Shown: positions 1 through 9,532, numbered from the stretch's first letter. The stretch: DNA of 51,831 bases from Patescibacteria group bacterium (GCA_018899555.1 JAHIHZ010000011.1:1-51831), one strand, 5' to 3'. Notes: generated by a model not told the origin, from the sequence alone. A program made the numbers and translations.

Positions 1-148
1 AATTTAAATAATCCTGCCCTGATTTAAAACTATCTTTATCCCTCACAACAAATTCTTTATCTTTTTGAAAAAACAAAAAATACAAACCGATTACAATTAC
101 TATTATTAAAATAATCGTGACCCAAATTAAATTTTTTTTATTATTCAT
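1..148 (-). CDS. hypothetical membrane-anchored protein, N-terminal fragment (gene runs off window start)
   Basis: ATG at 146-148 (minus) opens a frame reading MNNKKNLIWVTIILIIVIVIGLYFLFF..., a short basic N-terminus followed by one hydrophobic helix. The frame stays open to the window edge. Confidence 0.3.
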   Translation of the reverse strand, partial: MNNKKNLIWVTIILIIVIVIGLYFLFFQKDKEFVVRDKDSFKSGQDYLN

Positions 149-438
149 ATTTTTAGATTAAAAACTTTAACCCCCACTTGGAGGCTTCGCCTCCAAGTTA
201 AATTAAAATCAAAAATTAATTACAAAAATTATACAAAAAATTCCGCGCTAAATACACAGAATTTTAGTGGATAACTTTTTTTTACACCTCCTGTCGCTAT
301 AGCGACAGGAGGTGTAAAAATGATTTGAAGATTTGTTTTAATCCTTGAATAAAAATATTATGGATGAAAAATGTCCTTAGGGACATTTTCCCAAAAAACA
401 AAAAATTGTGGATGAAAATTGCCGCTTAGTGACAATTT

Positions 439-2352
439 TCATTTATTTTTATTTTTATTGTCTACTTTCAAAACACTTCTTAAAACTTCTTCTGGAATTT
501 CTTTTTGTTCGGTTTCGGGCTTTTTACTTGCCCCGAGTGTGGTCGAGAGATTTTCTTCTTTTATTTCAGTTTCTTTTTCTCTTTTGTAATCTTGTTCAGT
601 TTTATTTTGAGCTGTTTCTGTTACATCTGTATTTTTATTTGAAATGGTTTCTTCCCCGCTAACATTGTTAGAGATTAACATCTCACCATTTTTTTTGGTT
701 TCACTAAGAATTTCGCTTAGTGCCTCTCTGAGAGCAAAAACATTTTCCTCCGACATTTTTTTCTTTCTTTCAATTGACCTTTTTGCCTCTTCAACCGGCT
801 TTAAGTAATTAAGCGAAATAGCTTTTCTAAATTCTTCTTCATTGCTTTGTGTTTTAAATGGTTTATAAAAATTATTCTTTTTAAAATTATCGCGACGATC
901 ATTATTTTGTTTAAAATTATTCTTTTCTGTCAAATTTTTGTCTTCGTTTTTATTTTCAATTTTTTTGTTTTCAGTTTTATTTTCTGTTTTATCATTTAAA
1001 AAATTATTTTTTCGAAAATTACTAGAATTAGTTGGTTGACTGTTTTTTCTTTCCGCTTTATTTGTACTCGTGTGCCATTCAATAATATATTTCTCAACTT
1101 CAGCGCGCGGTTTAGCAAATCTTTTTCTTGAGTTTTCAATTATTCTTTCCCTATAAGAAACCGGTGGTGCTGTTATCGGTGGCATGGTTCTAGCAGAAAA
1201 CGGCTGTGAGCTTATACCGTCTATTAATAATTTAAGATAAACCTGTGCAAATCCAAGATTAACCAAATCTTCTGGAGTAAATTGCGGAGCAAATTCTTTT
1301 TCTAATTCTTTTGCATCATTCGCGCCAATACGAAAAACTATCATAGTTCCAACATTGCCAAATACCGCCGCCTTTACTTCATCTTGCATTTGTTCTATAT
1401 ATTGATGCGCAATATTCAAATTCAATTTGTATTTTCTCGCCTCTGATAAAATATTCGCAAATGATTCGTTGGCGAAGGACTGGAACTCATCAACATGAAG
1501 ATAAAAATTTGGAAGTTTTTTTAATTCTTCTTGTGAAACATCGGCGCGAGACATTGATGCTAAATAAATTTTTGTTATTAACATCCCGCCTAAAAGATTT
1601 GCATTTGCCTCACCCACTTTTCCTTTTGATAAGTTTATTATTACTATTTTCTTGTTGTCTTCCATTTCTCTGAAATCAAAACTTGAGTGTGGTTGGCCTA
1701 TTATATTTCTTATAAGCGGGTTCGATATAAACTGGCCAACCTTGTTTTGTATCGCAGCACCAGCTTCTTGCATATATCTATCATTATATTTTGCAAACTC
1801 ATCTAACCAAAATGCCTTTACTGATACATCGCTCACATTATCAACAACCATTTTTCTATATTCTCTGTCCGCTAACATTCTATTAACTCCGAGAAGTGTT
1901 GCCTCTGGGTACTCTAAAAGAGCCAATAAAATATTATTTAAAATATATTCCATTCTTGCAGACCATGCGTCAATCCATATTTTTTTAAACGCGCTCATTA
2001 GACCATTAGCAACAAGATGCCTTTTATCAATGCCAACATCTTCCATTACATTAAATGAAATTGGGTAATCTAAATCAAAAGGAGCAAAATAAAGAACATC
2101 ATTAATCCTATTTTCTGGAACATAATCAAGAAGTAGTTCAGCTGATTTCCCGTGTGGGTCGACAAAGGCGATTCCGTTCCCATTTTGAATATCCTGAATA
2201 GCCATATTTTCAAGGAGAGTGGATTTGCCGGTTCCTGTTTTTCCTATTACATAAACATGTCTTATTCTATCTGCCTCTTTTATACCAAATCTAGTTTTAT
2301 TATTTCTATAATCGGTCTCAGCAAAATATGTAATTTTATTTTCATTTGCCAT
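439..2352 (-). CDS. VirD4/TraD-like (type IV secretion coupling-protein family) P-loop NTPase with K/N/E-rich low-complexity C-terminal tail
   Basis: 637-aa ORF. Walker A motif VIGKTGTGKST. The overall pattern (FVDPHG..., HVDEFQ Walker B-like, TraM-recognition-type core) is typical of T4SS DNA-binding coupling ATPases. The last ~200 aa are lysine/asparagine/glutamate repeats. Confidence 0.7.
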   Translation of the reverse strand: MANENKITYFAETDYRNNKTRFGIKEADRIRHVYVIGKTGTGKSTLLENMAIQDIQNGNGIAFVDPHGKSAELLLDYVPENRINDVLYFAPFDLDYPISFNVMEDVGIDKRHLVANGLMSAFKKIWIDAWSARMEYILNNILLALLEYPEATLLGVNRMLADREYRKMVVDNVSDVSVKAFWLDEFAKYNDRYMQEAGAAIQNKVGQFISNPLIRNIIGQPHSSFDFREMEDNKKIVIINLSKGKVGEANANLLGGMLITKIYLASMSRADVSQEELKKLPNFYLHVDEFQSFANESFANILSEARKYKLNLNIAHQYIEQMQDEVKAAVFGNVGTMIVFRIGANDAKELEKEFAPQFTPEDLVNLGFAQVYLKLLIDGISSQPFSARTMPPITAPPVSYRERIIENSRKRFAKPRAEVEKYIIEWHTSTNKAERKNSQPTNSSNFRKNNFLNDKTENKTENKKIENKNEDKNLTEKNNFKQNNDRRDNFKKNNFYKPFKTQSNEEEFRKAISLNYLKPVEEAKRSIERKKKMSEENVFALREALSEILSETKKNGEMLISNNVSGEETISNKNTDVTETAQNKTEQDYKREKETEIKEENLSTTLGASKKPETEQKEIPEEVLRSVLKVDNKNKNK

Positions 2353-2380
2353 TGTGTTAATTATAGAATGTTTATAGAAA

Positions 2381-2409
2381 TAAAAAAAGCCGTTTATAAC
2401 AAACGGCTT
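2381..2409 (-). terminator. rho-independent terminator after small ORF 2419-2619
   Basis: On the minus strand, AAGCCGTTT-loop-AAACGGCTT is followed by a T-run. It lies 10 nt after the stop of the upstream ORF. Confidence 0.6.
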
Positions 2410-2418
2410 AATAAAATA

Positions 2419-2619
2419 TTAGGAACCCTCCCATGATTCTAAATAATATCCGCCATCTTCTTTGGAGAAAACCGGACATAAACCAACACTACCTATTAAA
2501 AAATCCGACAGTTGGTCTATGCTTTCTTCTCCTTTGTATCCAAATTCATTGGCGGATTTTAAAAAGAGTTCTTCTCTAGTCAACCACGATCTATTTTTTT
2601 TGTTTTTTCCACTTTCCAC
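2419..2619 (-). CDS. small hypothetical protein (66 aa)
   Basis: Intact ORF with non-repetitive composition and its own terminator hairpin. No recognisable family. Confidence 0.45.
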   Translation of the reverse strand: MESGKNKKNRSWLTREELFLKSANEFGYKGEESIDQLSDFLIGSVGLCPVFSKEDGGYYLESWEGS

Positions 2620-2852
2620 TCCATTTTTTATTAATAGAATTCATAATCCAGAGATGGGATATCACTGAAAGAAATTAGTGTCAAATTTTATTTCCGGTTT
2701 AAAATAACATTATACTTCTGCTATCATGGGGATACGACATCATTTCTGTTTTTATGATTTAGTGATTTAGTGATTTTTAAAATACAAAACATTATGGATT
2801 CAAATGCTCATTATAGAGCATTTGAATTTAGTGATTTAGTGATTTAGTGATT

Positions 2853-4136
2853 TTATTCTTTGAGTAATGCGTTTTCTGTATATGTATTAGCCGCGTCCCA
2901 CAACATCCAGCTTGTTAAACCGGAGTCATATGTCGCTTGAATTTGTTTTCTAACCATTTCTGCAGTATATGTGGCGCCCAAATCAAAATCCTGGAGCCAA
3001 GGACGAAGTTTTTTTACACTTTTACTTGTTTCCTTTGTAAATTTGGTTGTAGCCATTGTCGCTGTTGCCGTTGTTGTCGCAACCCCAATGTTATCAAATT
3101 CTACGGCTCTTTTAACTGCAAAATCCATTGAATATTTAACAACTCCATATGGATACGCGGCCGGATTAGAAAGGCCTAAAAAAGTTTTTGGATAGTGAGA
3201 TGGATAAACCATTGGCGCAATAAAATCAAAATATGGTAGGGCCCTTTCCAAAACTTGACCGATATTTAAATCATCTGAATTTGTTGTCACCATTCCAAAT
3301 AAATCCGCAGACAAGGTTACCCCTGTTGTTTTCTTGAGTTTTTTTGAAAGATACCTAAAAAAGTTTTCTATAACTATCGCTTTTCCATTTTCTTCATCTG
3401 CCAAAATTTTTTCTTCACTAAGCGGATAATATATATCATTCATATTTCCGTCCGAAGGAAATCTTATGTAATCAAAATTTAATTCATCAAAACCAATACG
3501 ATAGCTCTCCTGCCCTATTGCTATAACATAATCCCAAACTTCTTTTGAGCCGGCATCTAGCCAACTTATTCCTTTGTGATCTTTCCAGACAGAACCATCA
3601 CTCGCTCTTTTTACTGCAAGGTCAGGACGTTTTTTAACCAAATAAGAATCTTGAAAAACTGAGATTCTTCCTATTACATAAATATTTTTTTTGTGAAGTG
3701 TTTTTATAAATTCTTTTATATCAGGAATTCTATTTTCTGATGAACCAATATCTTTTAAAAAAGGATCCTCTACCTCAAAAGAGATTCTTCCAGTGTAATC
3801 TTTTATATCTATAATTATTGAATTTATTTCAGTTCTATCAATAATATCTATAACTTTTTTTCTAAGACCCGGGGTACCGGCAACCCAGCTTGTCATATAA
3901 ATTGCCTTGACCGGTTCAGGGGTTTTAATATGGGTAGCAACAAAAATGTCCTTTGCTACTTTTATTTCGTGGGTCCCTTTCTCTGTAAAAACATTCACAA
4001 TACTGTCTGAGTTATATTTTGTATGTATAAAAAGAGGAATAAAAAAATATATAACAATAAAAATCACTAATAAAAAAACCAGCAATATTACAAGTTGGTT
4101 TTTAAAAATAGACTTATTTATATTTTTAAGCGACAT
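2853..4136 (-). CDS. membrane-anchored putative glycoside hydrolase-like TIM-barrel protein (DUF4015-type)
   Basis: 427-aa ORF with an N-terminal TM helix. Motifs GFDELNFDYIRFPSDG and WLDAGSKEVWDY resemble the DUF4015/GHL family. Confidence 0.6.
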   Translation of the reverse strand: MSLKNINKSIFKNQLVILLVFLLVIFIVIYFFIPLFIHTKYNSDSIVNVFTEKGTHEIKVAKDIFVATHIKTPEPVKAIYMTSWVAGTPGLRKKVIDIIDRTEINSIIIDIKDYTGRISFEVEDPFLKDIGSSENRIPDIKEFIKTLHKKNIYVIGRISVFQDSYLVKKRPDLAVKRASDGSVWKDHKGISWLDAGSKEVWDYVIAIGQESYRIGFDELNFDYIRFPSDGNMNDIYYPLSEEKILADEENGKAIVIENFFRYLSKKLKKTTGVTLSADLFGMVTTNSDDLNIGQVLERALPYFDFIAPMVYPSHYPKTFLGLSNPAAYPYGVVKYSMDFAVKRAVEFDNIGVATTTATATMATTKFTKETSKSVKKLRPWLQDFDLGATYTAEMVRKQIQATYDSGLTSWMLWDAANTYTENALLKE

Positions 4137-4144
4137 TTTATATC

Positions 4145-4537
4145 TTACTTTTCAATTTCTAAACTATTATTCTCTTCCGCCTGTTTCTCATACACAGTCA
4201 TGATAGGCGAGTCTTCCTTTTTTTCTTTTATCTTCAACGAGAAGGCGTCTTTATTTTTATATAATTTAGTTTTCTTTTTTTCAATTCCTACTCCTATTAG
4301 TTTAGTAATAATATCATTTAGTGTTCTTTCAGAAAGAAATGATAGTAATGCAACCCAAAGTCCTAAAATAATAATAAAAAAATATTTCCACCCTATTGGA
4401 ATACCCAAAAGTGGGACAAGGAAGATAATAATTCCGAGAGTTATAAATAATTTTCTTTTTTTGTTCATCCCTACACTAATCTTAATTTTAATAATATTGA
4501 CCTTGTTTGTTTTTTTGTCTACCTCAAAATCCACCAC
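4145..4537 (-). CDS. hypothetical small membrane protein
   Basis: 130-aa ORF with two hydrophobic helices (LFITLGIIIFLVPLLGIPIGW, FFIIILGLWVALLSF). The true start may be the internal MNKKRK. Confidence 0.45.
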   Translation of the reverse strand: MVDFEVDKKTNKVNIIKIKISVGMNKKRKLFITLGIIIFLVPLLGIPIGWKYFFIIILGLWVALLSFLSERTLNDIITKLIGVGIEKKKTKLYKNKDAFSLKIKEKKEDSPIMTVYEKQAEENNSLEIEK

Positions 4538-4629
4538 CCGTCCTAATTTATAAACTAATCTGTTTTAAACGAAATTAAGATTAGTGTGGGGATTCATATT
4601 GCTTATATTATACACTATTTTCACAATTT

Positions 4630-5349
4630 TTAAACTTTGCTTTTTGAAACCACAACAACAAATTCTCCTTTTATTTTATCCTCGTTTTCGTTAAAATATT
4701 TTAAAATTTCTTCTGGGTTTCCAGATACAATTTGTTCATAAATTTTTGTTAATTCACGAGCTAAAACAATTTTACATTCATTGCCCAAATGCAGTTTTAA
4801 AGATTCTAATGTTTTTATAATTCTATGTGGCGATTCATAAAACACAACTGTTCTTTCCGATTCAGCGATTTCCTTAAATAAAGTTTCTCTGCCTTTTTTG
4901 TGCGGTAAAAATCCTAAAAATAAAAAATCTGATGCTGGTACGCCTGCACCAGAGAGAGCTGTTATGACAGCACTTGCTCCGGGAATAGGAATTATTTGTA
5001 TGCTGTCTCCAAATTTTTCTTTAATTTTAGAAACAAGAAACGAGCCTGGGTCTGAAATACATGGCGTTCCTGCATCAGAAATAAGCGCTAAAGTTTTTCC
5101 ACTTTCAATTTCCTTAAAAATCGTTTGTAATTTGTGATTTGTGTTTTGTGATTTGGAGCGTCCTGATTTTGGATTATCTGCGGGATAACTTAAAAGTGGT
5201 GTCTTTATCTCGTACTTGTCTAATAACCTTCTGCTGACTCGTGTATCTTCACACAAAATCAAATCAATCTCTTTTAAAATCCGCAGAGCGCGCAGGGTTA
5301 TATCCTCTAAATTTCCTATTGGTGTAGCTACTATATAAAATTTATTCAT
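4630..5349 (-). CDS. rsmI: 16S rRNA (cytidine1402-2'-O)-methyltransferase RsmI
   Basis: N-terminus FYIVATPIGNLEDITLRALRILKEIDLILCEDTR plus SDAGTPCISDPG are the tetrapyrrole-methylase-fold RsmI signature. Carries an in-frame repeat-derived insert at 5123-5156. Confidence 0.9.
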   Translation of the reverse strand: MNKFYIVATPIGNLEDITLRALRILKEIDLILCEDTRVSRRLLDKYEIKTPLLSYPADNPKSGRSKSQNTNHKLQTIFKEIESGKTLALISDAGTPCISDPGSFLVSKIKEKFGDSIQIIPIPGASAVITALSGAGVPASDFLFLGFLPHKKGRETLFKEIAESERTVVFYESPHRIIKTLESLKLHLGNECKIVLARELTKIYEQIVSGNPEEILKYFNENEDKIKGEFVVVVSKSKV

Positions 5350-5413
5350 GATTAAATTGTTAAATTATTTTATTGATTTTTATTCACTTACAATCCCCAC
5401 AATGGGGCAAAAC

Positions 5414-5914
5414 TTACTTTTGAACACACACATGAGTTGTAATATCAGCCGTTCCAAGTATTTCTAATAAATCTTCCATGGAAAAAGCAATGCAACCTGC
5501 GGTAGGAGAATACTCTTCGCGTGCAAGATGTATAAATATGGCGCTACCTTTTCCAGCAACCGGGGGATTGTCGTTGTATCCCAAGATTACAATGATGTCA
5601 TATATATAATCGTCTCGCCAAAGTTTTTCGTGTGAACCACCATAAGGAAGTCTAACCAGTGTATTGTATTCTGAGGAATTTGCATCATCACTCCAACCGT
5701 CGCTCTGTGAAAGAGGTCTTGTAGGAAAAACTGTTTGGGGTGCTTTTTCAAATCTATCCGGTCTGTACAAAACTAGTCGTATAGGAAAACATCCTGCAGG
5801 TGTGAATCCATCACCTTCTTTTTTACTTGTGCTCACCCCACTTTTGCCTAATGTGCAACGATACTGCTTTCCTTTAAAAAAAGCCCCGTTTGAATTAATT
5901 ATAATATTATTCAT
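5414..5914 (-). CDS. L,D-transpeptidase (YkuD-fold) family protein
   Basis: 166-aa ORF. The C-terminal GSAIFIHLAREEYSPTAGCIAF matches the His...Cys catalytic motif of YkuD domains. Confidence 0.8.
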   Translation of the reverse strand: MNNIIINSNGAFFKGKQYRCTLGKSGVSTSKKEGDGFTPAGCFPIRLVLYRPDRFEKAPQTVFPTRPLSQSDGWSDDANSSEYNTLVRLPYGGSHEKLWRDDYIYDIIVILGYNDNPPVAGKGSAIFIHLAREEYSPTAGCIAFSMEDLLEILGTADITTHVCVQK

Positions 5915-6061
5915 AAATTGTGCGACTACATGGACTCGAACATTTTTTAAATAGGACTTCTGACTGGTTGCCGAGTTTCGCGTGCGGAAACCCTGTCCTG
6001 CTGTACCTTGCGGCGCAACGCACCGCTAAATCAATCGACAAAATTCCTGAAAGTTTAATTC

Positions 6062-6136
6062 TGGTGCGTGTGGATGGGATCGAACCATCGGCCTCCATTT
6101 TATCAGAATGGCGTTCTACCACTGAACTACACACGC
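6062..6136 (-). tRNA. tRNA-Ile (anticodon GAU), CCA encoded
   Basis: The reverse complement folds as a cloverleaf by hand: acceptor GCGTGTG/CACACGC, D arm GTTC/GAAC, anticodon arm CCATT-CTGATAA-AATGG, T arm GATGG-TTCGATC-CCATC, then ACCA. Confidence 0.95.
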
Positions 6137-6344
6137 AAAATAACAATAAAAATATATCAAAAAACTCGCTACAAGGCGAATTTTATAACAAATTATTATT
6201 TATTTAAAAACACAAAAACCACCATTGTGGCGGTTTTTAATTTTTTTGCAATTTGGAATTTGCAATTTGTGATTTGTGATTTGTGATTTGTGATTTGGAA
6301 TTTTCAAGTTTAAAAACTTTGTTTTTAAACTTGATATTACCCTC

Positions 6345-6362
6345 TCTTTTGTTTCGTTCAAC
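6345..6362 (-). promoter_or_regulatory. 3' half of 16S precursor processing stem (pairs with 10138-10155)
   Basis: TCTTTTGTTTCGTTCAAC at 6345-6362 is the exact reverse complement of 10138-10155. This gives an 18-bp helix bracketing the 16S gene, as in RNase III processing stems. Confidence 0.6.
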
Positions 6363-6625
6363 TGTCAGTTTCGCGCATCCGACAAAAAGCGAATGTATTT
6401 TTAAGATACAACATTATTATCTCTAACTCTGCTTTTAGCATAGTAGATCAACCTTTTCAATCTTGCTTCCTTGAGTGAAACAAGAAAATTTTAATTTAAA
6501 ATAATCCACGGCCACCTTCCGGTAGCCGTACCTTGTTACGACTTACTCCCTGTTACCGAATTTACCTTAGTTCGTCAAAGACGAGCTTCGGGTACCCCCG
6601 GCTCCCTTGAGTTGACGGGCGGTAT

Positions 6626-7583
6626 CGCATTACACAATGATTTCAATATATGTCAATAGTGTATGCACACCACTGGGCAAGCAGTTTTCCTGCACCCTAG
6701 CGGTTTCCATAGGTTTTCGCTTTTTTCCCTCTCTTCCTAATCTCATCACGAAGTCTAACAATTTTATTAAAACCCCTGTCTGTAAGATGTTCTTTTTTAG
6801 ACATCATTAAAACAATTTTTTTAAAAATTTTATAAACTTCCGCTTTTTTGGCTTGTAATGGATTTTTATCAAGAAAAGGGAAAAGTTTCGTTGTTAAATC
6901 TTTTAAATTATTTATCTTATATTTTGAATGAGGAAACCATCCATATCTATCATAAGACAGATCATAAATTCTTCCACACCCAATTGTTATAAGAATTCTC
7001 TCTAAAATTTTTTGATCATCGGCACGAAGTTCTATTTCAAATTCCGGTCGAATTTCAAATCTTCTTTTAAGAGTTTTATGTTTCCCTATGCTTATAGAAA
7101 AAGATCCCTCTCCGTCTATAAAACCAGAAACATAATTTGGATTTAATTTTTTCCTATGAATTTGTTCCTTCCCAATTGGTTTTTTTAACTTCTTGGTACT
7201 ATGAACTCTGCTGACTTCTTGCATAACATTTAAAAAAGATTGCTCTTTTATATACCTCGATGTTATCACACACCGAGGATTATGCAAGATCTCCTGTGGT
7301 AACTATATAGACCATTTGTTTTCATCTCGATATCACTACACGCAATATGTTTACTTTGACACAGTAGGCTTCTCCATATACTCGCAGGATGACCTACATA
7401 TTGCGCCACAGACTGATATTCAAGCTAAAAACTGCTAATTTCTCCCTTCACTGAATTTCCTCACGGAAAACAGCTGAGATTTCGCTTCAAAACACTGTGA
7501 CTTATTTTGGCCTGATTTCCAAAAACTTTTTTTAAAAAAGAAGTTGGGCACAGACTGGCTTATATAATCGCACAGCGACCCGA
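6626..7583 (-). mobile_element. 958-nt intron-like insertion in 16S between E. coli C1395 and A1396, carrying a LAGLIDADG gene; ribozyme class not assignable by eye
   Basis: Exon sequence GCCTTGTAC stops at 7584 and resumes as ATACCGCCCGTCAACTC at 6625. Joining the two restores the universal CCUUGUACA(C/U)ACCGCCCGUC. The insertion ends in G. The group I core motif seen in the other introns is absent. Confidence 0.7.
6697..7287 (-). CDS. LAGLIDADG homing endonuclease (single-motif type)
   Basis: Contains YVSGFIDGEGSFSISI. About 190 aa, located inside the rRNA insertion. Confidence 0.8.
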   Translation of the reverse strand: MHNPRCVITSRYIKEQSFLNVMQEVSRVHSTKKLKKPIGKEQIHRKKLNPNYVSGFIDGEGSFSISIGKHKTLKRRFEIRPEFEIELRADDQKILERILITIGCGRIYDLSYDRYGWFPHSKYKINNLKDLTTKLFPFLDKNPLQAKKAEVYKIFKKIVLMMSKKEHLTDRGFNKIVRLRDEIRKRGKKAKTYGNR

Positions 7584-7615
7584 GTACAAGGCTCGAGAAC
7601 GTATTCACCGCAGTA

Positions 7616-7651
<36 letters not shown>

Positions 7652-7804
7652 GGGTCGAGTTGCAGACCCCAATCCGAACTAGGACCGATTTTTAGGATTG
7701 GCTCAGGATTGCTCCGTCGCGACCTATTGTATCGGCCATTGTATTACGTGTGTAGCCCAGGGCATCAAAGGGACATGCTGACCTGGCGTCATCCTCTCCT
7801 TCCT

Positions 7805-7885
7805 CCCCTCCCTAAAAGAATTTTCAAACAAGAAGTTCGGCTTCTCAAGAGGAAGCCAAACTTCGAAAATTCACTTAGGGAGGGG
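7805..7885 (-). other. expanded 16S helix (about E. coli 1160-1175 region)
   Basis: CCCCTCCCTAAG ... CTTAGGGAGGGG encloses a second hairpin (GTTTGGCTTCCTCTTGAGAAGCCGAAC). E. coli has only about 15 nt at this position. Confidence 0.6.
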
Positions 7886-8235
7886 CAGTCTCGTCTGAAA
7901 TTTATAACAGACAACAAGGGTTGCGTTCGTTTCCCTACTTAAAGGAACAGCTCAAGCCACGAACTGACGACGGCCATGCATCACCTGCCTATCCGTTAAG
8001 ATTTTCTGTTTCTAGAAAAACATAAGATAGGTTTCAAGCCCTGGTGAGGTTCTTCGGTTAGTATCGAATTAAACCACATAATCCACCGCTTGTGCGAGCC
8101 CCCGTCTATTTCTTTGAGTTTTAACCTTGCGATCGTACTACCCAGGCGGTTCTCTTAATGCGTTAGCTTCGCCTCTCAGAGGGTCGATACTCCGAAAAGC
8201 TAGAGAACAACGTTTACGGCGTGGACTACAGGGGT

Positions 8236-8795
8236 CACTTTTGTTACGAAGTAACAAAAAAATTAAAAATGTAAAAATCAAAATGAAAAATTACAATTTA
8301 AAATTCAAAAGTTACCGGATACAACATTTCTGTGTATCTCTCTATGTCGCCATAGAGGTCGGACTATATCTTCACCCGGCACTTTCTGAAAGTGCTGGGG
8401 TTTGGCATGTAGTCTCTGAGGAGCCTTGCGTGCTATAAAATGCGGGCAACAGCACCTTTAACACACAAGTTTCCTGCTGATTGTCTGCATCGGTTTGAGA
8501 TTGTTACTATAATATATCAATAGTACTCGAACATTCGCAGAGTTTCCAGCATATAGCCAAATTACAATCTACTGTTGCCAGTAGAAGAGACACTGTTCGC
8601 ATTCTCTCACCTACTTGAGTGAGCATTTTCTTTTTTAAAACATATGCAGGAGATGAAATAAAAATCAAGGAGTCGCATAGGAAAATGAAACTGTTTGAGT
8701 CCTGCAAGGCAGGATGAGTTTTTCATTTTCCGTCATAAGACGATTATGATTTTTTTCATCGAAACATCGTTTTGAAAAAGAAGATGCGAACGTTT
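8236..8795 (-). mobile_element. group I intron in the 16S 790 loop (between U793 and A794), no ORF
   Basis: Splicing restores GGAUUAGAU|ACCCCUGUAGUCC. Core elements CCTCAGAGACTAC (P7 5' side) and GAAGATATAGTCCGAC (J8/7-P7', compare Tetrahymena AAGAUAUAGUCGGACC) are present at 8345-8425. The last intron nt is G and the last 5' exon nt is U. Confidence 0.8.
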
Positions 8796-9111
8796 ATCTA
8801 ATCCCTTTCGCTCCCCACGCTTTCGTGTTTCAGTGTCAGGAAATGTGCTAGTTTATTGCCTTCGCTTTTGGTGTTCCCCATAATATCAACGGATTTCACC
8901 CCTACACTATGAGTTCCATAAACCCCTCACACCCTCTAGTTGTACCGTTTCTTTTGCAGTTCTTCGGTTGAGCCGAATGTTTTAACAAAAGACTAATACA
9001 ACCACCTACACACCCTTTACGCCCAATGATTCCGGATAACGCTTGGGGCCTCTGTATTACCGCTCCTGCTGGCACAGAGTTAGGAGCCCCTTATTCATGA
9101 TCTGATGTCAA

Positions 9112-9230
9112 TCGCTCCGCGATTCCCACGCGGATAAACGCAGACAACAATGCGGATAGACGCGGATAAAAAATATCTGCGAAAATCTGCAAAAATATCT
9201 GCGAAAATCTGCGAAGAAATCGCAAAGCGA
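9112..9230 (-). repeat. V3-region expansion of 16S built from ATCTGCG/ATCCGCG-type repeats
   Basis: About 120 nt lie between ...GATTGAAGAAG and TTGACATCAGATCATG... The segment consists of tcgcagattttcgcagatatttttgcagattttcgcagat... and tatccgcgtctatccgc... Confidence 0.65.
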
Positions 9231-9466
9231 CTTCTTCAATCATAAAAGATCTTTACGTCCCTAAGGACTTCATCAATCACGCGATGTCGCTCCGTCAGGC
9301 TTTCGCCCATTGCGGAAGATTCTCGACTGCTGCCACCCGTAGGTGTATGGACCGTGTCGCAGTTCCACCGGTGGAGGTCAGGCTCTCACCTCTCCTAGAC
9401 GTCATAGCCTTGGTAAGCTTTTACCTTACCAACTAGCTGATATCCCGCAGGCCGATCCCAAAGCGC

Positions 9467-9518
9467 CCAGCACATATTTTGATTTTTGAACAATTTCAAA
9501 AATCAAAATATGTGCTGG
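9467..9518 (-). repeat. 52-nt near-perfect hairpin inside 16S V2
   Basis: CCAGCACATATTTTGATTTTTGAA-loop-TTCAAAAATCAAAATATGTGCTGG. Confidence 0.7.
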
Positions 9519-9532
9519 ACTTTACTCAACAC

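Noticed and set aside
408-2436. Plus-strand ORFs antisense to the VirD4-like gene (408-662, 1461-1673, 1652-2068, 2152-2436), and similar antisense ORFs in gatA, ligA, pilB, pilT and others
   Set aside because: They are fully nested antisense to long, well-supported genes, and their low-complexity hydrophobic translations are typical of AT-rich antisense frames.
5925-6055. 5S rRNA, SRP RNA, tmRNA or tRNA-Ala in the GC-rich segment after tRNA-Ile
   Set aside because: Partial resemblances exist (CAGUCAGAAGU, AUGUAGUCG, GUUCGAGUCC). However, no full 5S, SRP helix 8 or cloverleaf could be built by hand, and the element abuts the start codon of the next gene. It is kept only as an unassigned structured element.
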